A DNA stretch of 54,746 bases from the NCBI GenBank assembly GCA_041946805.1, contig JBHGBC010000019.1, positions 1 through 54,746 of the forward strand. Direction: 5' to 3'. The notes below the pieces were generated by a model. The model did no database searches, had not been told where the DNA came from, and saw only the letters and a list, made by a program, of their open reading frames with translations. The position numbers were made by a program, and so were the translations under genes. Origin of the DNA: a bacterium. Its GTDB lineage: Bacteria > Hinthialibacterota > Hinthialibacteria > Hinthialibacterales > Hinthialibacteraceae. Numbering within the stretch: the first letter of the stretch is position 1; each line of letters opens with the position of its first letter. Below are positions 1 to 11,589 of this stretch, in pieces.

Positions 1-65
1 GGAAATTTGAAAATAATTCTGGATTATGCCATTCTGTCTAGTTAAGGGCCAAACTCCAGATCCTT

Positions 66-86
66 CCCTCTCCCTCTGGGAGAGGG
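66..86. repeat. REP-like palindrome family A (CCCTCACCCnnnCCCTCTCCCnnnGGGAGAGGG), partial copy
   Basis: Hairpin CCCTCTCCC-TCT-GGGAGAGGG. Other copies at about 4501-4533, 7895-7927, 8118-8150, 16154-16184, 16286-16318, 19480-19512, 19677-19709, 23430-23459, 25685-25718, 25852-25884, 26953-26985, 32689-32721, 36925-36957 and 54318-54337, all intergenic. Confidence 0.85.
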
Positions 87-304
87 AAGGATTAATAAGG
101 TGAGTTTCGCTCCGCTAGGAATCCATCCACAAATATTTTCCCGCAAGCGTCCTCCTCGGCCATCCCCTCTTTGACTTGATCCCTTCAGGCCATGAAATAG
201 AATCATAATAGAGTTTTGACTCATTTGTCTTTTACTTCCGATTGTTCATTCTTCACCGGTTATTATCTCCAACAACGCCATCGACACCGGGGGATACCCT
301 GTTC

Positions 305-3300
305 ATGCCAGTCAGCGCCACGTCACGTGAATCAACCGCCCTCACTGCTCTCCGGAATTTACTGGCCCGCCGCATCGTCTTTCTGGACGGCGCGATGGGC
401 ACCATGATCCAGCGCTTGAAACTCGAGGAGGCGGATTTCCGGGGCGAACGGTTCCGGAACCATCCCAAGGACCTCAAGGGCTGCAATGATCTGCTGTGCG
501 TCACGCGGCCGGATGTCATTTCCGGCATTCACCGCGCCTTTTTGGAAGCCGGTTCCGATATCATCGAAACCAACACCTTCAACGCCACGCCGGTCGCCTT
601 GGCCGATTACGGCCTGGAAGATCACACGCGCGAAATCAACCTGGCCGCCGCCCGCGTGGCCCGCCAGGCCGCCGATGAGTTCATGCGCCAACACCCGGGC
701 CGGACCTGCTTCGTGGCCGGGGCCATCGGGCCGACCAACAAGACCGCCTCGATATCGCCGGACGTGAACAATCCGGCTTACCGCGCCGTTTCCTTCGACG
801 ATCTGGTCCAGGCGTATTTCCTGCAGGTGGCCGCGCTGGCCGAGGGCGGGGTGGACCTTTTGCAGCCCGAGACCACCTTCGACACACTCAATCTCAAGGC
901 GGCGCTCTTCGCGATCCAGGATTACTGCGAACGCCATGCCATCCAGATTCCCCTCATCGTTTCCGTCACCGTCACCGACGCCTCCGGCCGCACGCTGTCG
1001 GGCCAGACGATCGAGGCCTGCTGGATCTCCATCGCCCACGCCAAGCCGCTCAGCATGGGAATCAACTGCGCCCTGGGCGCGGAAGCCATGCGCCCTTATG
1101 TGAAAACGTTGTCCGAAATCGCGGATTGTTACGTCCATTGCTACCCCAACGCCGGGCTGCCCAATCCCCTCAGTGAAACCGGCTACGATGAAACGCCGGA
1201 AACCACGGCCGCCGAGATGGAAGAACTCGCGCGGGAGGGTTTCCTGAACATCGCCGGGGGCTGCTGCGGCACCACGCCCGATCACATCCGGGCGATCGTG
1301 GAACGCCTGCGCGCCTACCCGCCCCGGAAAATCCCCGTCATCGAACCGGCCACGCGCTTCAGCGGGTTGGAGCCCTGCGTGATCCGCGGCGAAAAGGCCC
1401 CCTTCCTGATGGCGGGAGAGCGCACCAACGTCACCGGATCGCCCAAGTTCAAGAAATTGATCCTCGACAACGATTTCGAGGGAGCGTTGGCCATCGCCCG
1501 GCAACAGGTGGAAAACGGCGCCAATCTCATCGACATCAACTTCGATGAGGCGCTGCTGGACGGCGTGGATTGCATGCGGCGTTTCATGAATCTCATCGCG
1601 TCCGAGCCGGACATCGCCAAGGTCCCGGTCATGATCGATAGTTCCAAGTGGGAGGTGCTCGAGGCGGGGCTGAAATGCGCGCAGGGCAAGTGCGTCGTCA
1701 ATTCCATCAGCCTCAAAGAGGGCGAAGACAAGTTTCTCGAACAGGCGAAGTTGATCCGGCGCTACGGCGCGGCGGCGATCGTCATGGCCTTCGACGAGAA
1801 CGGCCAGGCCACCACCAAGGCAGACAAACTGCGCATCGCCGAACGGGCTTACCGCCTGCTCACCGAACAAGCCGGGATGGATCCCCCGGATATCATCTTC
1901 GATCTGAACATCCTCACCGTGGGCACCGGCCTGGAGGAACACGCCAACTACGCGGTGGATTTCATCGAGGCCATCCGCGAAGTGAAACAGCGTTGCCCGG
2001 GATGCCGCACATCCGGCGGCGTCAGCAACGTCTCCTTCTCGTTCCGGGGCAACAACGCCGTGCGCGAGGCCATGCATGCGGCTTTTTTGTATCACGCGAT
2101 CCAGGCCGGACTGGACATGGCCATCGTCAACGCCGGCATGCTGGCGGTCTATGACGAAATCGAGCCAACCCTGCGGGATCTGGTCGAGGATGTGCTGTTC
2201 AACCGGCGCCCGGACGCCACCGAGCGCCTGGTGGAATTCGCCGAATCGGTGAAGAACCACCAGGCCCGCCAGGAAAAGGAAACCGAGGAATGGCGCAAGG
2301 GGACGGTCCAGGAACGCCTCGCCCACGCGCTGGTCAAGGGCATCACCACCTATGTGGAAGAAGACACCGAAGAGGCCCGGCAGCTGCTGCCTAATCCACT
2401 GGACGTGATCGAAGGGCCGCTCATGGACGGCATGAAAATCGTGGGCCAGCTCTTCGGCGACGGCAAGATGTTCCTGCCCCAGGTGGTCAAAAGCGCGCGG
2501 GTTATGAAAAAAGCGGTCGCGTATCTCTTACCCTACATGGAGGCCGAAAAGCAAAAGCACGCCGGGCCCAGCCACGCCGGGACGGTCGTCCTCGCCACGG
2601 TGAAGGGCGACGTGCACGACATCGGCAAGAATATCGTCTCCGTGGTGCTCTCCTGCAACAACTACCGGGTCATCGACCTGGGCGTCATGGTCCCCTGCGA
2701 AACCATCCTGCAGGCCGCCGCGGAACACCACGCCGGCCTCATCGGCCTCAGCGGGCTAATCACCCCCTCGCTGGATGAAATGGTGAAGAACGCCGCCGAG
2801 ATGGAACGCCGGGGCCTTACGATTCCCTTGCTCATCGGCGGAGCGACCACCAGCAAGGCGCATACCGCCATCAAGATCGCCCCGGTGTATAGCGGCCCGG
2901 TTTGCCACGTGCCCGACGCCTCGTTGGTCGTGGGCGTGTGCGGAAACTTGCTTAATCCCCGCCTGCGGCCTGAATTCATCCAGCAGCTGGAGCGCGAGCA
3001 TGTAACCTTGCGGCGGCAATACGCGGAAAGCCGGAGCGGCGTGACTCCGTGCATCGACATTACCCTCGCCCGCGCGGACAAGTTCGAGACCGATTGGAGC
3101 ACCCTGCCCATCGACCGGCCGGAAAAAACCGGCGTGCAAGTGTGGGACCCGGTCCCGTTGGAGGAGATCGTCCGCTACCTCGACTGGACGCCCCTCTTCA
3201 TGGCCTGGGAACTGCGCGGCCGCTTCCCCAAAATCCTCGAAAGCGAGACCTACGGCGCGCAGGCGCGCGAACTCTACGCCGACGCCCAGCGGCTATTGGA

Positions 3301-4075
3301 AGACATTGTCCAAAACCGGCGTTTCCATCCCCGGGCGGTCTTCGGGCTGTGGCCCGCCAACCGCGTGGGAGACGACGTCGAGGTGTACGCGGATGAATCC
3401 CGCGGCGAAATCCTGCAAACCTTTCACTTTTTGCGCCAGCAGACCCGCAAGGACAACGGCGAGCCGTATTACTGCCTGGCCGACTTCATCGCCCCGCGGG
3501 ACAGCGGGCGCATCGACTGGCTGGGGGCGTTCGCCGTCACCGCCGGGAACGAGGTGGAAGAGTACGCTCAGCATTTCCGGAACAAACACGACGATTATTC
3601 AGCCATCATGGCGCAAGCGCTGGGCGACCGCATCGCCGAAGCCCTGGCCGAATATCTGCACAAGGCGGTGCGTGACCAGTGGGGCTACGGGAAGTATGAA
3701 AACCTGCCGCTGGAAGACCTGATCCGCGAAAAATACCGCGGCATCCGCCCCGCCGCCGGGTATCCCGCCTGCCCCGATCACACGGAGAAAGGCCTGTTGT
3801 GGGACTTGCTGGGCGCGGAGAAAAACGCCGGTATCGCCTTGACCGAAAATTACGCCATGAATCCCCCCAGCTCGGTTTCCGGGCTCTTCTTCGCCCATCC
3901 CCAGGCGAAATATTTCCGGGTGGGCAAGATCAACCGCGGCCAAGTGGAAGATTACGCTGCCCGCAAGAACATGCCGGTCGAGCTCGTGGAAAAATGGCTC
4001 GCCCCCTATTTGGCCTACGAACCGAAGCCCGAACTCCACCCCGCCTGGTGTGGAGGAAGTCATGCCATAACGTAG
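305..4075 (+). CDS. metH: B12-dependent methionine synthase
   Basis: ORF 242..4075 with probable ATG at 305. Motifs: [10 protein letters not shown] and GGCCGTTP (homocysteine/Zn domain), GERTNVTGS (pterin domain), [12 protein letters not shown] (cobalamin binding), [12 protein letters not shown] (AdoMet activation domain). Confidence 0.97.
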   Translation: MPVSATSRESTALTALRNLLARRIVFLDGAMGTMIQRLKLEEADFRGERFRNHPKDLKGCNDLLCVTRPDVISGIHRAFLEAGSDIIETNTFNATPVALADYGLEDHTREINLAAARVARQAADEFMRQHPGRTCFVAGAIGPTNKTASISPDVNNPAYRAVSFDDLVQAYFLQVAALAEGGVDLLQPETTFDTLNLKAALFAIQDYCERHAIQIPLIVSVTVTDASGRTLSGQTIEACWISIAHAKPLSMGINCALGAEAMRPYVKTLSEIADCYVHCYPNAGLPNPLSETGYDETPETTAAEMEELAREGFLNIAGGCCGTTPDHIRAIVERLRAYPPRKIPVIEPATRFSGLEPCVIRGEKAPFLMAGERTNVTGSPKFKKLILDNDFEGALAIARQQVENGANLIDINFDEALLDGVDCMRRFMNLIASEPDIAKVPVMIDSSKWEVLEAGLKCAQGKCVVNSISLKEGEDKFLEQAKLIRRYGAAAIVMAFDENGQATTKADKLRIAERAYRLLTEQAGMDPPDIIFDLNILTVGTGLEEHANYAVDFIEAIREVKQRCPGCRTSGGVSNVSFSFRGNNAVREAMHAAFLYHAIQAGLDMAIVNAGMLAVYDEIEPTLRDLVEDVLFNRRPDATERLVEFAESVKNHQARQEKETEEWRKGTVQERLAHALVKGITTYVEEDTEEARQLLPNPLDVIEGPLMDGMKIVGQLFGDGKMFLPQVVKSARVMKKAVAYLLPYMEAEKQKHAGPSHAGTVVLATVKGDVHDIGKNIVSVVLSCNNYRVIDLGVMVPCETILQAAAEHHAGLIGLSGLITPSLDEMVKNAAEMERRGLTIPLLIGGATTSKAHTAIKIAPVYSGPVCHVPDASLVVGVCGNLLNPRLRPEFIQQLEREHVTLRRQYAESRSGVTPCIDITLARADKFETDWSTLPIDRPEKTGVQVWDPVPLEEIVRYLDWTPLFMAWELRGRFPKILESETYGAQARELYADAQRLLEDIVQNRRFHPRAVFGLWPANRVGDDVEVYADESRGEILQTFHFLRQQTRKDNGEPYYCLADFIAPRDSGRIDWLGAFAVTAGNEVEEYAQHFRNKHDDYSAIMAQALGDRIAEALAEYLHKAVRDQWGYGKYENLPLEDLIREKYRGIRPAAGYPACPDHTEKGLLWDLLGAEKNAGIALTENYAMNPPSSVSGLFFAHPQAKYFRVGKINRGQVEDYAARKNMPVELVEKWLAPYLAYEPKPELHPAWCGGSHAIT

Positions 4076-4600
4076 AATGTCTACACTGACTCAGAGCCAA
4101 GTTTGGAACAATGTAATGCAAAAAAATACATGGGAGATTTTCCCTGCCTTTGAGTGATCGATCGAGGGTACTAATAAAAATTATCCATCCGGTTAGTCAT
4201 TCGGGTTGCCATTGCATTCGGTATAGGAATTTTTTCTACCGATAGGCTGTACCTTACTTCCGCCAGTGCATTGCGAAGGAGGCCCCCAACTTAGAGGAGC
4301 CATGCCTGTCCCATTTACAACATTCCATGATTCTGCCTTATCCAAAAAATCGGTGGGTGCATTTCGGCTTGGGAAGATGCCCCAGGGTATGATACGTAAC
4401 TATTTACCGGTTTTCAGGAATGCTTTCGCGCGCCAACGGCACGGCTTGAGTGTAGTCCAGGGCGTAAGCCCTGGGAGGGATTAAACCACAGTAATGGATC
4501 CCCTCTTCCCCCGGGAGAAAGTCAGGGTGAAGGAAGCCGTGGCACGGCCCCATTCGTTCCCGATTTGGCGCAATCGGGTAAATGGATATGGAAAACAGTC

Positions 4601-4627
4601 CTGAATCTCCGCTTTCGCGGGGATGAC
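4601..4627. repeat. REP-like palindrome family B (GTCATCCCCGCGAAAGCGGGGATCCAG)
   Basis: Reverse copy here, just after the stop of the 4635..5957 gene. Other copies at 19634-19660, 36779-36805 and 37074-37100. Confidence 0.8.
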
Positions 4628-4634
4628 ATCTTTA

Positions 4635-5957
<1,323 letters not shown>

Positions 5958-6273
5958 TATCTCCGCTCCGTTTCGTTTGGCTCATTTGAACGTCGTCGAG
6001 AATTGGCGAAGGTATCCTACCACTGAAGCGGCCGGGGGATCTACGGAAACGCGGGGAAAACGCTGGAACATGGAACGACCGGATCCCTTCCCCGCGCCCC
6101 CTAAAACAAACCGAAGGGAAGCGCGGCCGCTCTCCCGCCGGGAGAGGACCGCCCTTCCCTTCCTCGAATCCTGCCCGAATCCATGGATAATTCCAAACCA
6201 CCAGCGACACGGCGGGATGATCAATGCATGAATCCATCGCCCGGGGCGGAGGGGCCGCTCCCGGCGGTCCGGC

Positions 6274-7074
6274 TCAGTAACAGGACCAGTCCTCCACGCT
6301 GGTGGAGAAGCTCAGCAGCCACTGAATGGCCTGGTGATACATACTCAAGCCATTGGCCGTGTAATTGATGTAATCACCATCCGCCGGATCGGTGGCGTAG
6401 CTGCCGCCCGCGTTTTCCGTCGTTTCATGATACCGGTAGATGGGAATGAACACGCGCGGATACGTGTGCACACGCCCCCCGCCGGCCGCGAACGCATCGT
6501 TGGGTCCCCAGGCGATGATGGCCGGGTTTTCCGTTCCCGGCAACTGGGCGACGATCGTCCCGCCGCCGACATCCCCCGCGCCCACGTGGTCAATACCTAG
6601 CGGAATGTCGAAAATCTCCCCCGTCAGGCCTTTGACGATGGGATGGTCCGGGACCAGGATTTCATATTCCAAGTCCACGGTCCGCATCTGGGCGGAATCC
6701 ACCCAAAACCAGCGGGAGTTGCGGGCCAGGTACGCGGATCCGAGCAAAATGGGGACCTTCAATTCACTCCATTGGTCCGCGATTCCCCCATCGTAGTAAT
6801 TGCCGCTGGATATCGCGCGGTGGACGATCACCACGTCGAAACTCTCCAGCAACGCGATGTCATCCTCAGTCAACTGGCCCTGGAACTCGCTGGTGCCCGG
6901 AGTCTGGGTGGGATCCACCGTCACCGTGTATCCCTTGCCGCGCAGGTAATCCCCGAGATTCCCGGCGCCCTCCACTTCCAGCTGCGGCTGCTCGGTCACG
7001 ATCAGCACGTTCTGGCCCATCGCGGCCGGCAGCAGGCACAACCATACGCCCGTTACCACAATCCATCTTTTCAT
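6274..7074 (-). CDS. secreted hypothetical protein (possible glutamine amidotransferase/ThuA-like fold)
   Basis: ATG 7074 after a GGGGAGG RBS; Sec signal MKRWIVVTGVWLCLLPAAMG; C-terminus STSVEDWSCY. Fold assignment is a guess. Confidence 0.75.
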   Translation of the reverse strand: MKRWIVVTGVWLCLLPAAMGQNVLIVTEQPQLEVEGAGNLGDYLRGKGYTVTVDPTQTPGTSEFQGQLTEDDIALLESFDVVIVHRAISSGNYYDGGIADQWSELKVPILLGSAYLARNSRWFWVDSAQMRTVDLEYEILVPDHPIVKGLTGEIFDIPLGIDHVGAGDVGGGTIVAQLPGTENPAIIAWGPNDAFAAGGGRVHTYPRVFIPIYRYHETTENAGGSYATDPADGDYINYTANGLSMYHQAIQWLLSFSTSVEDWSCY

Positions 7075-7239
7075 GAGGCAGACCTCCCCAAAAAATAGAA
7101 TGGTACAACCGTTTGAATATACCATACATCAGCCCATTCATAAAAGACTCCATGAGGCAAAAATCCTAGAAGCTTTACGGGGATTGGGGAAACCAAGGGA
7201 TTTGGGGAATCATGGATCGCACGGGGAAGCCGGACCGGC

Positions 7240-7788
7240 TCAGCCGCGGATGTTCAAACGGGGCCGGGGAGGAGTGTCCACCGGAGAAGCGGAGGAAGCG
7301 GCGGGTGAGGAAACCGGTTTGGTTCCGGACGGAGAACGAAGGGGAAGCGCGCAGGAACGCGGCGGGGCGCCCACCCGCGGGACGTTCTTGCGGTTTTCTT
7401 CCTCGCTCAGAAACTTGGCGACCGCCTGGGTCCATCCCTCGCGGAGGTTTTCCACGATGGGCAGCACTTCCTCGATCATTTGGGCGTTTTGCTTGATATT
7501 GGCCATCACCAGGTGATGATAGACAAAGTCGTAGATGCGCCACAGTTGATGGGCCAGGTCGCCGCCCTTGTCGAAGTCCAGGGCCACCATCAGCTCGACG
7601 AACATCTTCTGCACCTTGGTCAGTTCGACATGCGCTTTTTCGATTTCCCGGTTTTCGACCGCCTGACGGGCGATGTGCAACTTTTTCACCGCGGCGTCGA
7701 AGATCATGACCAGCAGCTGCGGCTGGCTGGCGGTCTCGATCTGAGTCTTCAAGTAATGCTGTTGCGGATGCAGTAACGGTGCGGCCAC
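7240..7788 (-). CDS. fliS: flagellar export chaperone FliS
   Basis: YLKTQIETASQPQLLVMIFDAA...LWRIYDF...LREGW; GTG at 7788 with AGGAG RBS; follows fliD; Pro/Ser-rich C-terminal tail. Confidence 0.93.
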   Translation of the reverse strand: MAAPLLHPQQHYLKTQIETASQPQLLVMIFDAAVKKLHIARQAVENREIEKAHVELTKVQKMFVELMVALDFDKGGDLAHQLWRIYDFVYHHLVMANIKQNAQMIEEVLPIVENLREGWTQAVAKFLSEEENRKNVPRVGAPPRSCALPLRSPSGTKPVSSPAASSASPVDTPPRPRLNIRG

Positions 7789-7894
7789 GAATACACTCCT
7801 GTCTCTGGTATATTCCGGATTTTTCCTTTGGTTTATGGTCTCTCCCCCGGCCGCGCGGGCAATTCCGGCAGGCCCAGGATTGCAGTACACTTAT

Positions 7895-8150
7895 CTCTCA
7901 CCCCGGCCCTCTCCCCGAGGGAGAGGGAATGTTCCAGTTTCATATCACGGTCTGCCAGGGCGTTGCCTGGGCTTGCTGCCCGCGTGCCGTCAGCGCTTCA
8001 AACAAACCCGCGGAATGATCAATCCTAATCACGGTTCATCTGGCAAGAGCACACTTTTTTTCCCGATGGACGGATGGTATCGCCTCGATTTGATTACTGT
8101 GAGCTACCCCTTAAACTCCCTCTCCCTCTGGGAGAGGGCCGGGGTGAGGG
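7895..8150. repeat. inverted pair of family A REP elements between fliD and fliS
   Basis: Copies at 7895-7927 and 8118-8150 in opposite orientation; a CCAGGGCGTTGCCTGGG palindrome lies between them. Confidence 0.75.
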
Positions 8151-8270
8151 AATTTTTTTATATAGACAGACCTTGGTGTACGCCCGTACCATCAAATGGA
8201 GGCAACTCCCTTTTCGTCATTCTGTACACACTTTCAAGAATTACTTGCCTCCGGAACCGTCCCCGGCCGG

Positions 8271-10619
8271 TCATTCCGAACTTTGTATGCCCAGTTTTTG
8301 GGTCAAATACTGGCTCATTTGCTGCGATTGGGATAAGGTGACTTCCAGCGCGGTGAACTTTTTGCGCAAAGTGGACTCCAGCGTCTCCGCCCGGTCCTGA
8401 TACCGCTGGATTTGTTGATTATACAAATCGATCTTTTCTTGGACCGCCTTGGTGGTGGAGTCCATCAGGCCGGTTTCATACGCGGTGAACCGCCGTATTT
8501 CGGTTTGGAAATAATCCGCGAATCCCACCGTGGCGGCCTGGATCAGGTTTTTGACTTGTTCGGGATCCTCATCGAGCGCGGCCTGCAGCGCGGTGGAATC
8601 GAAGGTCAGCGATCCGGCGGTGGTCAGGGAGATTCCGATCGTGGCCAAACTGGTGGCGCCCCCGCCGTAGATGGAAGATCCGGCGATCTCGTTCGAGTAG
8701 ATTTGCTTATCCAGCCCCAGGTCCTGGGCCGTGGTGCCTCCGTCAACCTCCTCGACCTGGAAGAGGCCGCTCTTTCCGGTCCTGTCGATCAGGTTGATGG
8801 AGGTTCCGCCGGTGGAGGCTTCCGCGCTCACCTGGATGCCGGTTTCCAGGCGGATGGCGTCCAGCACGTCCTGGACGGTGCCTGCCTCCCGCAGGTCGAT
8901 GACCGCGCTGTGGCCCGAGCGGTCGGTGATCTTGATGCTCCCCAGGCTCACGCCTTTCCCGTCATTCAAATCGGATAATTTCACCCCGGGCAGGTTGGGA
9001 ATGCTGCGGCTGACGGCCGCCGCCAGGCTGTTTTTCAGATCCCGGACCACGGAGTTGCCGAACAACACCCCGTTGTTTTCCCCCTCGGGATCGAAATACG
9101 TTTGCTCGCCCAAATAGGATATCAGGTTGTTGTAGGCATCGACGAAATCCTCGATCACCGAGGAGACATTGGCGTAATCCTCCGTGACCGAGAGGGTGGC
9201 GGTCTGGCCGCTCTCTTGCACCAGCGCGATCGACACGCCCTCCACCAGGTCGGTGACCAGATTGTTCGTGCGGTTGACGGTCACCCCATTGAAGGCGAAC
9301 TGCGAATTTTCCCCTTGCTGATCGTAATGCTTGAACTGCCGGTCCACCACGCCCAACGTTTGCAGAACCTGGCCGGTGTCGGAAGTGATGACGGGCCGTC
9401 CCGTGGCGCTGGAGATTTCCAGGCGGGACTGGCCGTCCGCGGCGATGACCCGGGCGGTGATGTCCGAGCCGCTGGCCAGGGCCTCATTGTTGATCTTTTG
9501 AACGATGTCCTCCAGCGAGTCCTCGCCCAGATCGATCGTGACGGGATTGGCGAACGGATGCGAACCGTCGCCGTCGCTCAGGACCAAGGTGGAAGCCGTG
9601 GTGCTACCCAGGTTGAGCAAAGTCCCAATGGGTTCATCGGACGCGGTGAAGCTGGCGCTTTGCAGCCCGCCCACGACGCCCAGGCCGAAGAGCACGTTGT
9701 CCGGGTCCTCGAAGCGGCTGGGAATCCCGGTGGTGCTGGTGATCAGGAGGCGTTCCTCCTCCCCGTCGGCGATCACCGAGGCGCTGATATTCGCGCCTTG
9801 GGCGCCCGCTTGGGTGTTGATGGCCCCGGCGATATCCTCCAGGGTCAGGTCCACGCCGTTGAGCGTGACCGTCAGCGTATGCTGCCCGCCCGCGTCCTGG
9901 ACGGTGAAGGTCTGGCCGGTATAGGTCTGGACAAAATCGGAGGCGAATTTTTCACTCACCGCCCCTTCCGTGTTCGCGTTGACCGTGTAGTCGTAGCGTA
10001 CATCCCCGGCGCCGGCAGTAATCAAGCCCAGCGAGGAGAGGATATCCGCGGCGCCCACCTCCCGCAGCTCGATGCCGCCCACGCCGGCCGCCTGGGAACT
10101 CAGGACCAGTTTGTTTTGATTGGGAGCGATCTGCACCACCGAGGCCCGCACGCCCGCGCCGGCGCTGTTGATCCGCGAAGCGAGGTTGGCCAGCGAATCG
10201 TTCGGGGATACGGAGACCACACGCCCGTTGAGTATGAACGCGCCTTCCAGCTCCAGCGCGTCCTGGCCGCTGGTGAATATATCGGACGATATTTGGTCCG
10301 CCTGGGCGAGATTGTCCACCCGGATGTTGAAACCGCCGGTGGGAGCGCCGTTGCTCGCCGTGGCGGTCACCACACTGGTATTGGAACTCGAGATCTGCTT
10401 GCCCTGGAACAGGCTGGTGGAGGTCAGACTCTGCGCGGAGATCGTCAGACCGAGGAGATTGGCGTTGACGGATTGTAGCGCCGTGAGTTTGGTGGTTTCT
10501 TGCTCAACCCGGGATTGAATTTGCGTCACCGGGCCGCGGACCTGCGCGTCCAGGATGGCGTTGATCAGCTCGGTGGTGTCGAAACCCGAAATCAATCCTT
10601 CGATCGCGAAATTGCTCAT
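8271..10619 (-). CDS. fliD: flagellar filament cap protein FliD (enlarged, 782 aa)
   Basis: N-terminal GLISGFDTTELINAIL; FVDAYNNL; C-terminal LRKKFTALEVTLSQ...SQYL; lies between flaG and fliS. Confidence 0.95.
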   Translation of the reverse strand: MSNFAIEGLISGFDTTELINAILDAQVRGPVTQIQSRVEQETTKLTALQSVNANLLGLTISAQSLTSTSLFQGKQISSSNTSVVTATASNGAPTGGFNIRVDNLAQADQISSDIFTSGQDALELEGAFILNGRVVSVSPNDSLANLASRINSAGAGVRASVVQIAPNQNKLVLSSQAAGVGGIELREVGAADILSSLGLITAGAGDVRYDYTVNANTEGAVSEKFASDFVQTYTGQTFTVQDAGGQHTLTVTLNGVDLTLEDIAGAINTQAGAQGANISASVIADGEEERLLITSTTGIPSRFEDPDNVLFGLGVVGGLQSASFTASDEPIGTLLNLGSTTASTLVLSDGDGSHPFANPVTIDLGEDSLEDIVQKINNEALASGSDITARVIAADGQSRLEISSATGRPVITSDTGQVLQTLGVVDRQFKHYDQQGENSQFAFNGVTVNRTNNLVTDLVEGVSIALVQESGQTATLSVTEDYANVSSVIEDFVDAYNNLISYLGEQTYFDPEGENNGVLFGNSVVRDLKNSLAAAVSRSIPNLPGVKLSDLNDGKGVSLGSIKITDRSGHSAVIDLREAGTVQDVLDAIRLETGIQVSAEASTGGTSINLIDRTGKSGLFQVEEVDGGTTAQDLGLDKQIYSNEIAGSSIYGGGATSLATIGISLTTAGSLTFDSTALQAALDEDPEQVKNLIQAATVGFADYFQTEIRRFTAYETGLMDSTTKAVQEKIDLYNQQIQRYQDRAETLESTLRKKFTALEVTLSQSQQMSQYLTQKLGIQSSE

Positions 10620-10721
10620 CGTCCCCTATCCTTTACCCGGTTGAAAGGCGAAGCCGTCCGGCGCGATCAACCGAATCGTAGAAGGCCCGCGAAGGGCCCC
10701 ACGGAGCATTCTTCTCCTTCA

Positions 10722-10748
10722 TTATCGGCCCGGCGGAGGGGAGGTTGA
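10722..10748 (-). promoter_or_regulatory. sigma28 (FliA)-type promoter of fliD
   Basis: Minus strand TCAA-N15-GCCGATAA: perfect -10 box and canonical spacing, about 100 nt upstream of the fliD ATG. Confidence 0.85.
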
Positions 10749-11023
10749 ATGATTCCCTGCCCCGGATCCCCGCGCTTCGGGCAAAAACAGATCTCTCCAC
10801 CCGGCAGATTTTTCCCTCTCCCGATTTCATCGCAGGGATATGACCGCTGCTCCGGGCCTTGAGCCGGGAGCGTAACGGATCCGGCATGGCTTCACCACTG
10901 GGAATGAACATGCAAGCGCAAGGCCAAAATCATGGAGGGAGACGGGATCCAGTTCGAAATCAACATGGTTCCTTTTCATCCTTTGTTCCATAATCCAAAG
11001 GAACCATGCCGTGAGTTCGTTCC

Positions 11024-11431
11024 TTACATTTTCCGATCAAACAAAATGCCCATGGTTTCGTGGAGTTTTTTCGATATCCGCAGCATTTCCTCGGGAGGAA
11101 TTTCCCGGATGATTTCACGGGTTTCCGCGTCGATCACCGTGACCGCCACCCGGCCCGACTCCTGGTCATGCCGAAAGTGCAGCCGAAACGAGGCCATCGA
11201 AAGTTCGATGTCGGGCGGATCGGCGGCCGTCGCGTCCGTCTCCCGGCCGAAGACCGCCGGCTGAGTATCGAGAGATCCGGCCTCCCGGTCCGGAAGCGGA
11301 GAACGCGCGGCGTCCTGAATCAATCCCGCCCCCCCGGGGAGACGAGATCCGGACGGCCGGATGCTCACCGGACCGGAAACCGCCGGGCTCGAAGTAAGGG
11401 CAGGCGCTCCAATGTCGGTCATGGTATTCAC
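11024..11431 (-). CDS. flaG: flagellar protein FlaG
   Basis: LHFRHDQESGRVAVTVIDAETREIIREIPPEEML...GILFD; canonical position between flagellin and fliD. Start could be ATG 11422. Confidence 0.92.
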   Translation of the reverse strand: MNTMTDIGAPALTSSPAVSGPVSIRPSGSRLPGGAGLIQDAARSPLPDREAGSLDTQPAVFGRETDATAADPPDIELSMASFRLHFRHDQESGRVAVTVIDAETREIIREIPPEEMLRISKKLHETMGILFDRKM

Positions 11432-11589
11432 TTCCTTTCCTGCCTGGATAGCGGAAAAGGAACCACGTCAAGTCAATGATTACGATTTCCTGGTTTCATC
11501 CCTTCAGGAGTCTTTCGCGTTTCGGGATGCCGGGGAGGGGGAAGCATCCCCGCTCCCCGGATCCCATCAAACCCTCAGGAAACAAGCGG

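Noticed and set aside
1..304. SAM or cobalamin riboswitch upstream of metH
   Set aside because: No recognisable consensus; only a REP hairpin.
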